Source: Bigelowiella natans CCMP2755
Taxonomy: Eukaryota; Protista; Cercozoa
Reading direction: 5' to 3'
Assembly (NCBI GenBank): GCA_000320545.1
Contig: ADNK01001197.1
Coordinates: 240,175-304,174, forward strand
Length of the DNA: 64,000 nucleotides
The position numbers and the translations under genes are program-made. This document shows positions 39,374-51,300 of the stretch, piece by piece. Numbering within the stretch: the first letter of the stretch is position 1; every line of letters starts with the position of its first letter. The notes below the pieces were generated by a model that made no database searches, was not told where the DNA came from, and worked only from the letters and a program-made list of their open reading frames with translations.

Positions 39374-41740
39374 TTCTTACCTCGGTGCCTCTCATTAGGC
39401 TGACGCAATAACGATGGCGATGCCGCGTGGGCGCCATGCAATGCAACGATCGCATGTCAATGCCAACCTAGTAACGTACAGAGTGGGCTCGTGGGGCTAC
39501 GCATACGATGCATGCATGCGTTACGTACTGTGATTGCAGCACACTCTAGAAACTCCGTGAGAACATGAGCCTGCACGCCATGCATCTCGTGAAGTTCGCG
39601 ACGCTACGCACTCGTTAGATCGTGCACACTAGCACAAATGTGTGTGGTCAGTGTGCTATGTGTGGACCACCAAGCACGTGTAGTAGACACAAATGCACAT
39701 GCATGCGGACGCATCTGTGTGGTGTGTGCGCACCTGCGGATTCGCATGGTGTGTTTCATTTTGTGATGACAGTTGGATGTGTGCGTTTTGCATGTGCAAA
39801 TTAGTGTCAGTTTTCATTTGTTAGTGGTGTTTAGCAATCTGTGCACAAGTTTTCCATTTGTGGGCATGAAGTGTTTCCATGGCGGATGGATGCACAATGT
39901 GAGGCAACCATCTAGATAGATGCATGAGGTTAGTTGAGGGGAGCAGACAATTTGTCGAATTATGTGAGCCAACAATTGTCTAGGTGTAGGAAGGAGCTCA
40001 TCAGATGAGTAGCACAAGCAATGAGGCCTTGGTGCTGCTGCTGCTGCGACAAGCCATTACTAGATCAGGCTGCGCATGCAGTGTGCCAGAACAAACTAGC
40101 AAATGTGAACTGACCTAAGAATGTTGCTTTCCCATGGATTTGGATGTGACGGGGACCAGGGGATGCCATAAATGGTTTGATGTTGTGACTAGGATGAAGT
40201 CATGATGCAAGTCAGTTGCATCATTGCAAACTGCACAAACAAAAGAACCCGCTCCACAACTCTAGCGCTAGCTAGCTAGCAGCAACGGTGCGCAGATCCC
40301 TCTTCACTTGCTCCTATCTAGCCACATGTGCATGCATGACTCATGTCTAAGTGTCATTTGATCAACAACAGGGTTTTGGCACAATTTGTGGTGTCAACAA
40401 AAGCAAAAATGCACAAATTGCAGAAGCAGTGCTGCAAGCGCCGAGCAATGCTGCTGCACTAGTGCAATGTGTCATGGCTAGCAGCATCCACTAGTCCACA
40501 GGGCATTGTGGCACGGCACGCCGTCGTGCTAGCGTGCGCTAGTGCGTTCCAACTGTGTGGCCTAGCTGGCACGGTGTTCATCAGCTGCACACAAGTAGCC
40601 GGCATGGACATGCATGTGAAATCGTAGCGTTGCACGCGTACGCGTTGCGCGCAATGGCTGAGCTAGCCAAGCTAGATGGAGCCACGCACATTGTGCCAGA
40701 ATGCAATGACTGCTTAACTAGATGACTGGGTCTCTAGCTGTGCACTGCTGGACCACAGTGTGCCCACTGTCCAGCTGTGCACGTCTGCACATTTCAACAA
40801 CTGATTGTCCATCATGCACACATGCTGTCTAGCTGTGTTCGATCAGCTCCGATCCATGCTAGCATGTGCCATGGCATGTGCACTTTGTGGCTTTGTTGGT
40901 TCATGTGTTGTGTGGGTTGGTCACGCAAACACTGGAACATGCTAGCTAGTAGTATGCCAGCACTGCTAGACTGGAGCATGGTGCTGCACATCTAGACATG
41001 CATGCACAATTGAAGCAACACACACCTCAGACCTTTTGCACCTAGACACGTGAAGTGTCCACATGTGAAGTTTGCACCGCCTATACGCCATGCGTGGCTT
41101 GGTGAGCTAGTCTAGCAGTGAGGTGGGAACTGATTGCACTAGTAGCAGTGCACACTGGCACATGGAGCACGCTGTCAGCATGCAAGCATGGCTAGATGGA
41201 GCCGCAAATCATTCCATGCAACGTACCAGCAATGCTAGCAATGTGGTGCTCTTCAAAACATCTGCATGTGCATGCCACTAGCTGCTTGTCCCGCACTAGC
41301 TAGCTAGCCAGGAAGCCAGAAGCTCTAGACTAGCTAGCAGAGCTGTAGCAAGCTAGCAAGTGTGCATTTTTTTCAAAAAATCAAAATTCTCGGCACCATG
41401 TGCGAGTCAGCTGAAGGTTTGCCGAAGCGTAGCGCGCACGTCGGAGCTCCCGAGCGAGTTGCACCTCGATCATCGATCATCGATCTGGTTGGAATCAAAG
41501 CTTTGATTGGCACAGAAGACAGCTAGACAGCGCGCGCACGCGACAAAAACTGCAAGCACCTCTCTAGCTCGCTGGTCTGTCGCGACGCAGTACGTGTAGG
41601 CAGCTGCGGCGATGTGCCGAGCTCACTTTTGGCCTGGCTCAGCGAAATGCTGTCGGGTCATGCTTTTGCAAAACTTGAAAGCTCTCTGAAAGAGCTTTCG
41701 ATTCAGATGGGCGGGTGGCAATCATTTTGCAATTCGATTC
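39220..41740. other. TpA-depleted block D (decayed repeat/TE-like DNA)
   Basis: Long GCTAGC/CATG/TGCA-rich tract between the 39166 stop and the ATG101 stop. Contains a GAAAGCTCT-n5-AGAGCTTTC hairpin at 41677-41699. Confidence 0.8.
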
Positions 41741-41830
41741 AAATCTTATTTACATTCAAAAGGGCAGAATAGTACGATAGGATCAACACAAAGGAAGGCT
41801 ACTATTGTGGCTATGTGTCATGATTTCATT

Positions 41831-42525
41831 CTACATCAAGCTCGGAGGGTTTTGAAGAGTTCGCTTTACTTGCCCCCACCGTGATTTGTCGCTTTTAAGA
41901 TATGTAATTTCAAATGGAAAACAGCCCAACTTGTCGGTAAGCTTCTTTGTTGCTTCGTTGGAACTTAGAGGCGGAATGTGCTTCGTCTTCTCGTTGAGTT
42001 TGGCTATTATCTGAAAAAGACACTCCCTCAACATGTTCTGGCGTTGAGTTTGCTTCTCGTCTCTCTCGCAATCTTTGGAACATCTAGGGTCTTCGATTTT
42101 CACAGGTATTATCCACTTCTCCCAATGAAATTTATCATCTTGAGCGAAAAGACTTTTGAAGCTCCAGTCTTTAGCGGTGTAGAACGAGATACAGGCTTCC
42201 CCTATGTTGATATCGGGAGTAAGGTCACACCTTGAGTATGAAGCTGTTAGTATCCAAATCTCTAAAAATCACCTTTGTCTGTCTTAAATTCTTCCATACG
42301 TTTGCGAAACCCCCGAATACCCTCGGTAATAAGTTGTGCAACGTGTTTGTTGTCACTCATGGCATAGGAAACGTCGAATACGTCACAATCAACATCTCGG
42401 GGCCTGAGCATCTTGCCATGCAGTGAGCGATTAAAAACGATAGTGTGGAAAATACACCGGAGGGCTGGGTCTGTTTGGAATCGCTTCAAGTGAACGGGTG
42501 GGAGGAGCACCTCTTCCCTGTTCAT
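41831..42525 (-). CDS. ATG101: Autophagy-related protein 101 (HORMA domain), 2 exons
   Basis: MNREEV...ALRCIFHTIVFNRS...RPRDVDCDVFDVSY, intron, GEACISFY...WEKWIIPV...LRECLFQII...KHIPP...CFPFEI. Matches ATG101 motifs (HTxxxxR, DVDCD, WExW, HxP). Confidence 0.85.
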
Positions 42526-42779
42526 GTTGAAAGCTCTTTCTTCTGCTCCTTCCTTCCGCCGTTCTATTCTCTGGTTGGAAGAACGAACTATTGTCATTTA
42601 ATCGTTCTTTCCAGAAAGGGATTGTCGTATTGACAAAAGAGGGGGCAAATATGAATTCTCCGGGTATTGCATAATCTAACGGGTAGTGGCGGCTGTTGAG
42701 AGCAATAGCTTCGATCAAGGCAATCAAGGCTGCCCGCCCCCCTTTTCATTCCTTGAGAGGCGGTGGGAACTACGAAAAT

Positions 42780-43195
42780 ATGAATCGGATGGAATCGAAA
42801 GCTTCTGATATAGTGCTTCCAGATTCAAATAGAAATCTTCGCGCCTGCTTGGGATGTCGCCTGATTAAAACAGTTAGCCAATGGAAAAAAAAAGATGGAA
42901 AATGCGAGAATGGGTGTGAAAAAGATTATTACACCTCAAGATTTTCGGGGTACATTGAATATGCTTAGGTTACGCTTTTTACGAGCATATTTAATCAAAT
43001 TTTGTTAACTTCTACAGGGCTGTTATAATGATGAATCCTTCCAAGAGCTGGGTATCACGATGGCAGCTGTCTGAAAACTTCGTCAAAGGAATGTATGCGG
43101 TGAAAGTTCCAGAAGGCAATCTGGATAGAGTAGGACAAAGAGAAGATGATGAGGATCATGATGAAGAAGTTTATGACGAGGAGGAGGACGCATAA
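42780..43195 (+). CDS. SPT4: Transcription elongation factor SPT4, 2 exons
   Basis: LRACLGCRLIKT..QW....CENGC...TSRFSG / AVIMMNPSKSWVSRWQ....FVKGMYAVKV, plus an acidic tail. Confidence 0.93.
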
Positions 43196-43319
43196 TTCCC
43201 CTCTTCCGCTTGGATTAACCGATTGGTCCCTTTCCGTTGACTCAACGCGAAGAAGACCGGACAGACTTGGAAAAGGAAGACAATGACGAAGAAAGCTGAG
43301 AAGCTAAATGCGCAAATGT

Positions 43320-44780
43320 AGTGTTGAACATGCATTTCAGTTTTGCTACACATTTGATCATCAATGAAATGCTGGTGTCACCTTCAAAGTCACGCAATGA
43401 CTAGGTGAGGAAGGCAAGTTGCTTTCAAATGGAATTTCAATCTACTTGCAATTTCACATCTGCAGCCCTGTGAGGCTACATGGCGCACGCACGTGTCCTT
43501 TGCAAAACATGATCCATTCATCCGCACACTTTGCCCACACGTCTTGGAGAACACGTGTGCCTTCGACTCGGTCTAGCGGTGCGCTCCATGGCCATGACTA
43601 GATGAGGCTGCATGCACACACCAGCTGCGGATGGCAGTGTATATGGCACATGATGGTGGCAGTCGCAGTGCCACAGGGGCACTTAGCAGTCACTTTGGTG
43701 CTTCCAGCAGTGACATGCAGTTCTGGAGTTCTGTCGTAGAGTTGCACAGCACGCATGCTGCTGTGGTTGCACGCGTGTTGACGTGAACGCTGGAATGACA
43801 ACCATGGCGACATGCCAGCTAGAGTGACAACACAGCATGCATGCCATTGCACATTGATCAAGCATCGCATGGCCGTGCGGAACAATGTGCGATCGATGCA
43901 ATTTAGCAATGCACATGCATGTGCTCATTTGTCGCGTGGCATCATGAACATCCACGTACTGCTCAGTCTGCCAGCTAGCTCTGGAGCTAGCTAGCTAGCA
44001 GCACGTGCCACTGCGGACATGCATGTCCAGCTAGGTCCAGGTTTGTGTGCAGGTGCGCGTCACGTGTGTGTCTCATGCTAGCACTAGAGCATGCTGTGCG
44101 TGCACTGCGACGTGCGATGCATGTACACACATGCATGTGTGCGCAGCTAGGCATGCTAGCATGCGCGCATGCCAGCTTGCATGCTGCCATGTATGCTGCG
44201 ATTGTCAATGAAGCTAGAAAGTGCGTCGTCCTCGCGCACGTGCGAAGAAGCACATTCATTTGCACACATGCTTGCTGCAATGTGGAATGATGTCGCATGA
44301 CCATGGAACTACTTTCACATCAGCTGCCAACTGAGCCTGGTGTCTAGACCATCATTGCACCAAGCATGACTAGATGAGTGGCCCATGCTAGCATGCAACA
44401 TCTAGACATGCCCATCTCTAGATCTAGCCATGGCGCTACAGTGTGTGCGTGCAACGCACTAGATGCACTACTAGCGGGATGCAACGAGCGTGTCGTACTA
44501 GCCTGCACGACACAATGTTCAATGTGAAGCCGCCACGTCGGCAAATGCATCGCAGTGTGTGGTGTGTGGACCACAGACAGGCGCACAGGCGTGCACACCT
44601 GAATCTGTTCTGGGTTGGCGGTGTCCATCACTAGCTGCTGTTAGCTAGACGTACACATGTGTGTTAGCATGTCTAGGTTTCGGTCCTGTTTCACAACAAC
44701 GCGTCTCTTGTGTGTTCCTGTCCTCCAATCACACAGAGCGACGCGAGATTTTGACATGCGCCTGAGGGTTTCTGAACTCT
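43320..44780. other. TpA-depleted block E
   Basis: Same compositional signature, between the 3' ends of SPT4 (+) and UFM1 (-). Confidence 0.8.
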
Positions 44781-44791
44781 TAACTTTTCAA

Positions 44792-45411
44792 CTACGTGAG
44801 AACGACATCGTGTGTTCTCGACGCCGACATAGTCTTCAGCCCGCCTACTCTGTCTCTGGGAATTAATCTGAGCTCCTGTCCATACTTGAGGAACACAGTC
44901 CTAAACATAACCACAGTTTTTTTTAGCATTCATCTAGCATTGTTGCTGCAAATCTCTCACCCAGCGTCCTGTTTGGACGACACTCCAAACCCGTCTGATT
45001 GCATTCAGAACCATATCAATAGCAATTCTCAAGTGAGGCAGTAAGATGCACATTACCGACTGTGATGATGGCACTTGTCTCAAACTTTACTTTAAACTAA
45101 TTTTCCAACAAATCAAATAAGAGATCTGCAATCAATTAACGATAGCTCACCTGTTGAGCAGCATATTTCACGACCGCGAGAAATGGGGCCTTCTCAGGGA
45201 CTTTCACGCTGACATCAGAATTCTTCTCTGTGTTTTTCGATTCTCAAATACGAAATGACTTCCTTTACATTTTATAAGGCAACTTCGGGTCTGATGCCAA
45301 AACGATTTTGAACGAGACTTTAGAGCTTTTGTTTCTGGACACATTTATTATCATATCATAAGCATAGAGTAGTGAAACGTCTAGTCAAATGATTTAGTAC
45401 TCTGAAGCCAT
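44792..45411 (-). CDS. UFM1: Ubiquitin-fold modifier 1, 6 short exons
   Basis: MASENKSSKVSFKIVLASDPKLPYKI / VKVPEKAPFLAVVKYAAQQ / FKVKFETSAIITV / DGFGVSSKQDAG / TVFLKYGQELRLIPRDRVG + extension. Confidence 0.93.
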
Positions 45412-45746
45412 TGCGATGACCCAGAGCCGACCAGAAGGGCTATGAGGAAGAAATTGCTAAATTCTCCTTTCTTTATCTTCTTTCATTATTTATGTACGAC
45501 ATAAAAAAGTTGTAGTCTCGATAAATATTTCACCTTCTTTCCATCGTATCGTGTCTTCTTTCGTTGTTAGGAGGGTGGCTGGCTCACATATTTCACTCCT
45601 TCGCCTCCTCCCCACCTCCTCCCCTCTCCTCTACATATTCTCCTACTTGTCCTACTTTAAGAACAGCTAACGCGTCCGTGCATACAAAATAAAATTACGA
45701 ACGGTAGGAGGGATTACATCCATCAACTATTCGAACACCGTGAGCA

Positions 45747-46515
45747 ATGGCCACGCTAGCTCAACGAGTCATCAGGAGAACTGCGAGATCTGTAAAGACT
45801 GAAACTTCACGAACTAAGTTACGTCGTCTAATTGGCATTGACTGTACAGTAAACAGACCATCTAAGGGTTTCTGTACAGGTAGGAATGCTTCAAAGTGAT
45901 ACGGTTATGTCCCAAGCATAGTATTAATGTATTATTACATAGGTACAATTAATGTAACATTCATTGAAGATGGACAGCCAATAGAAACATCTGTTAGGAT
46001 TGGCCAATCTATTCTTGAAGCAGCTCATGTAGTATATTTTGCTATACAAAGGCAATAACTAATTAAATCAAGTTATGTTCCAGGAAAATGAAGTCGAACT
46101 CGAAGGGGCTTGTGATTCGCAGCTAGCTTGTTCGACATGCCATGTAATCTTGGACCAGGTTGAACGTGCATTGTTTGACTCGTACTTTTTAGTATGATTA
46201 TAACTACCACTCAGGTCACATATGGCGAACTTTCCGAACCTTGCGATGAAGAGCTGGACATGTTAGATTTGGTAATAATCCGTATATCAAAAATAGTAAT
46301 TTGAGATTGACATCTCTCGATGAAACACAAATTCAGGCTGTGGGAGTTACCAATACATCTCGTTTGGGGTGCCAGGTAAACAACATGCATGTCGCGTAAA
46401 CACATTTTCAATATTATTTCATATTGAATGAAACAGACAATTTGCTTAGATCAACCTGACAAAAGCGATGGATGGAATCACTATCGAAATACCTCAATCG
46501 GTAGATGCGAGATGA
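45747..46515 (+). CDS. Mitochondrial adrenodoxin-type 2Fe-2S ferredoxin, 6 exons
   Basis: Arg-rich presequence MATLAQRVIRRTAR...; INVTFIEDG...GQSILEAAH / ENEVELEGACDSQLACSTCHVIL / EELDMLDL / TSRLGCQ / INLTKAMDGITIEIPQSVDAR*. Confidence 0.92.
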
Positions 46516-46821
46516 GTTTGGCAGTGTGCATGTGCTCGCAGTACAGGACGACATTGCTAGCGTATTGCATGTGGCCAATTGGCGTACATCAACCGGAGAT
46601 GCAAAAACTAAATGCAGCTGCATGTAGTATTGCGGGAGCAACGATGTGCACAGACAAAGAAGCTGGCATGCATCTGTCAGGTATCGCAGCGTACATGCGT
46701 AGCACGGCTCTGCAGTCTACACTAGTACATGACATGCGCGGAGTTTGCTAACGCATCCGCCAAAAAAGCATGCTACACAGCGAGAGAGCGCCCACATTGA
46801 GTATGTCTAGATGTTTTTGTT

Positions 46822-47147
46822 TGTTGCGCGTAAGGTGTTCACAGGCCGAGGCGCTACGTGCACAAGTAGGCAGGGGGGGGGAAAGGCACGTTTGCTTCCT
46901 TTTGAAGAGTTGTGTTTATTTTTATTAAAGATTATATTTTTATTAAATCGTGCACTGCGTAATCATTCGCGAAGCTTTCGCGAATGCCGCCGCACGTGGG
47001 GCAGCACACTTCCGGTGTGCTGCCATGAGTCCCGCCGGAACCCACGTGCCTATGCTGTATTAATATCTACGTTATCTATATTCTATATCCGCGACAACCC
47101 CTTTGTTGTCGCACGTGACTTGTGCCCGCGTAGTGGTACGCGCTACA
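46822..47147 (-). repeat. 3' LTR (326 bp)
   Basis: Line-by-line identical to 52222-52547. Preceded on the minus strand by purine tract GGGGGAGG (47148-47155). Confidence 0.97.
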
Positions 47148-47348
47148 CCTCCCCCAAGTCACGTTGCTCCTTCCTTCCTTCCTTATTCCCTTAGACCTTC
47201 ATCGCTTTCGGAACTTCACCAACCACCAGGTAATAGATCCTCTCTACCCTATCTCCTTAGTCGCTACCCAGAACTCCACCTTCGTCCTTAGGTTCGTGTC
47301 CATACCAGCCCTCTGCATCAAGGTCCCCCCAGGACCTTATACCAGTGC

Positions 47349-48385
47349 TCAAAGGGTAAGTCGGGAACAGCTAGGTAGAGTAGCTGATATTTTCCGTCCT
47401 TTATTTTCATAGCTACCCTCTCCATATTTCGTAATCCAGGGTAGCCTAGATAGACAATCTTCATGCGCCCAATCGTCGTTCACCCTGACCTTATTGTTTC
47501 CATATTCCACATCGAACTTAGGTCGGGGTCCTAAACAAGGCATTGCTCGCTCCCACACAGTAGGGTTTACTTTAACATCCTCTAGGAGCTTCTCACCGAT
47601 ATCATAATTCTTTAGGTGACTGATGTGGCGCAAGGTGACCCTGTTCCCATCATAGATGTAGTACTGCTTCCTCCCCTTCCTCTCGGTAACCTTTGCAACG
47701 CCACCCCAGAAGGGGTCTTGTTTATTTCTCGATCTCAGATTTACCTTGGCCCTAACATACTGTCCTTCCTTTAGAACTCGGCCATCGTACGGGACCTTCT
47801 CGTCTTCGCTCTCGGTATCGTCGTCGTTGTCGTCGCCTTCTTCCCTCTCCTTATCCTTGATACCTCCCCCAGACGTGAAGGTGTCGTTTACTAACCCTTG
47901 TATCTTGTCTGGTGTGGTGCTATTTATCCTGCTTAGGTTGGCCAAGGTGCGGTGGAGTCGCTCTACCTTGGAGTTGGACTGGGCATAGTATACAGGTGAG
48001 GCATCAATATTAGGGTGTGGTAGCTGTAGAAGAGAGGTCTCATTATCCACATGTAACTTCTTTGGTATCTTGTTTATGCTAACTTCATCAGGGATAGCCT
48101 GGAGCTCAGACTCCCAGGTACGGTAGCAGTTAGTAAGCCTCTGCTTATATAAGCCTTTGTTCTTCTTAGCAACGTTGACCTTGATAATCTTTTTAACCCA
48201 GCACTTTCCAGTGGCCACATCAACGAAGGTAAGGTAGTGATAGCCATCGTACTTATAAACATCAATTTGCACGATATCTAAGAAGTTCCTTGCTTTGATT
48301 TTCTTAGATGCACGGCTCTTGCTGGACTCCTTGGTGGCGACGCCTGCCGCCTTCAAGCTGGAGCACCTGCAGCCACGCAGGTATG
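47349..48385 (-). CDS. Retrotransposon integrase (DDE core + SH3/GPY-F-like module + start of Dam-like domain), frameshifted from gag-pol
   Basis: IVQIDV...YLTFVDVAT, LHVDNE, SPVYYAQSNSKVERLHRTL; LKEGQYV...DPFWGG...V....Y.I....RHISHLK. Confidence 0.9.
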
Positions 48386-51300
48386 TCCTTATCTCTCCTT
48401 ATCTCTTTTAGCTTGTAGGGCCAGTAGTAATGGTAGAGTAGAGCAGTGATATGGTTTTCTCCTACGTGTGCAGGTCCATGGGCGGTAAAGAGAAGGGCTC
48501 CCCTGGTCCGCCGTGGCACGTAGGTACGCCTAACATTATTAGTGTATACATATATCCTATCACTAAGTACCTCATGCTTGTGTTTGTATTTATCCAGGTG
48601 TTCTTGAAGGTGCTGGAGCTCCTCTGGCTCAGGCAGGAAGTCGCCGTCCTCGAAGGTAATCGCGTTAACCATAGGGGTGACCTGGGTAGGGACTTTCTTT
48701 TCGAACAGCCTGCTGAAATAGTCAGCAAGCTGCTTGTCTCCTGGTGCGTAGACCACTGTCCTCTTGTCCCTAAACTCTTCCGTGTCCGCCCTCATAGCTG
48801 CATACTCATCGTTAGGCGCTTCGAGCTTGCGGTCGATGCCTAGGAGGGGCTTGTGGTCAGTCATTAAGGTGAAGCTGGGCACCGACAGCAGGTAGTGTCT
48901 TAGTTTCCTCTGCGCCTCAGTCATGGCTTTATACTCTCCTTTTGTAGGGCTGTACTTGGCCTCAGCTGCTGTGCAGGCCCTGCCCCACACCCGTATGATC
49001 TGCTGGTCTTGGGTAAGTACAGCGGCCATACCTAGCTTAGACCAGTCTGTCCATAGGGTAGCTGGTCTAGTAGTGTCTAGCTTAGCATTCAATAGGGTGT
49101 TGCTGCATAACTTTATTAGGTTATCGAAGTGGGCATCAAGGCCAGCCTTGGCCCACACCTTAGCGAAGCTGAGGCCTACAGAGTTCTCCTTCCGGTAAGC
49201 AGTAGTAAAAGCAGCTGCAGTCCTAGCGTAGGTAGGGGAGAACCTACGTAGTATCCAAGCTGCAGTCTGCAAGAATGACTTTAACTCCTTTGCATTCTTA
49301 GGTTTAGGGGCTTGCTGTAGTGCTGCTACTTTCTCGGGGTTTGGGGTGATGCGGCCTTGCTCCAGGTAATATCCACACCACTTGATTCTTGTAGCTAGGA
49401 ATGTACACTTCTGCAGTCTAATAGTAAAACCGAAGTGTGCAAACCTAATAAATATATTTTCCAGGAGGAAGATCTGAGCGACGACTGTGTTGGTACATAT
49501 TATGTCATCATCCACATACACAAACACAAACACCCACAACACAGACGCCATCCCATCATGTGTGTATGCCCTGTAGTTCTGACTACTGAACGCATCCCCT
49601 GATATGCTTAGGCCGTAAGGGAATACGACGAAGTGCCACTTCCTGTGCCTGCTGGAGAACGCGGTAATGGGGCGGGAGGTTTTGTGGATGGGTGTCTGCA
49701 TGTATGATTCATTTTTATCTAGGGAAGAGTAGTATTTGTATCCTATGACGTGTTCAATAACGTCATCTATCCTTGGTGTAGGTGTCTGGATCCTCTTTAT
49801 TACTCGGTTGTGGCGGATGAAGTTGTGCGCCAGGCGGAAGAAAGGGTAAGTAGGTTTCTTAGCTAGCACATGTCTCACGTTCCATGGTGAGTTGCTTGGC
49901 TCTATCTTCCCTTCCTTTGCCCATTCATTGATCTGCCACTCTATCTTTTCCCAGTCCGCTTCCGGTCGCCTATGTTCTGGGTCATTGATGATGCACTCTT
50001 CGTATCCCTTCTTTAGCTCGATCTTTACTGGGGTAAGCTTGCTGGAGGGCTTCGTCGTCGGCTTGGTGATGTCAGAGTACTTCTCGTTTAATATTTTATT
50101 AATGTACTTTTTGCCTTTGTCGATATCCCAATCATCAGCTGGGGGGGTCTTGTCCAGTAGCTCCGTTATCTGTCGGATGGTCTTGCCGGGGTTCTTCTTC
50201 CGTAGCTCGGTAGGTGTAGGTAGCTTGTTGTCCGCTAGGTCCATAAACTCTAACGCATTAACGCTTGACTCAGAGGTCCACTCGTCAAGCCGTATCATGT
50301 TCTGGCTGATGGTCCTGCCTGACTTCTTTGGCAACTTAGCAAAGTATATCTTGTGATTGTAGAATGATATGATCCCCCCTAATTTTTCTAGGGCATCCTG
50401 TCCGAGGAGTAGTTCCATGGATAAAGTCATGGCTACTCGGGTCTTGATTTGGGTCTCCGCGTCGCTGCCAGGTATCTGTAGCTTTAGCATTAGCTCACCG
50501 ACGGTCTTCATGGAAGAGCTTCCGTCTGCTTGAGCATATTTACGTTCTTTCTTAGTCACTTGATCCAATAGTCCTAACCTTCTTACTGTGCTTAGGCTTA
50601 TGAAGGACTTCGGCATGCTGCCACTATCCCAAAGGGCAGGTAGTTTCTTGTAGTCTCCGTAGCTGTCTTTAACTTTAACCTTGGTCATAGCAACTTTGAT
50701 AGTCCTGTTAGCGTCTTCGTCATTAATGTTGCATACTCCTAAGTTCTTTATGTCGTCTAGGGTCATGGGCTTGTCTTGGTCCTGCGTTGCTGGTACTGCT
50801 GTCTTCGTCGGCGCCTGCTTAAGGTGATCTAATATTCCGTTTATCTGCTGCTGTATAGCATTGATACTGTTCTGCTTTTTGTTCTTATATTTATTGTTCT
50901 TCCCGTTGTTGCTGCCTTGCCATTTGCTGTTGTTATATCCTTGTCCTCTGCCTTTCTTTCTCTTTAACTTCTCGTAGTGTTCGTTGAGCTGCCTGATCGT
51001 CATCCTGGGTCGTCCTTCTTTCCTGTCTCTGCAGTCTTTAGCGGTGTGTTTCCCTTTACGTGAGCAGTATCCGCAACGTCGGTTACCTTCCCTGTCCTTG
51101 TACCAGTCTCGCTGCGGCTTAATAGCGTTAATGTTTCCTATGCCAGGTACCTTAGGGCTGGTAAACTTGCGGTCCTGCTCCTGCTCGCGTAGGGATATAG
51201 CCTGCACTGCTGCCTCCATCGTGGTGTAGCCTTTCTCCGTAACGTAAGTGGATTCCTTTATCTTTAACTTGAACTCTTCAAACCTTGCCTGATCATCACC

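Noticed and set aside
43419-44634. Overlapping C/H/M/A-rich ORFs on both strands in the TpA-poor blocks
   Set aside because: Loss of TA removes TAA/TAG stops, so spurious ORFs are expected. No family motifs seen.
46811-47194. 127-aa and 121-aa plus-strand ORFs (also 52205..52570)
   Set aside because: Antisense readings of the two LTRs. Their similarity only reflects LTR identity.
48304-48405. Programmed ribosomal frameshift between pol and integrase
   Set aside because: The shift is fully explained by a 10-bp tandem duplication inside the zinc finger.
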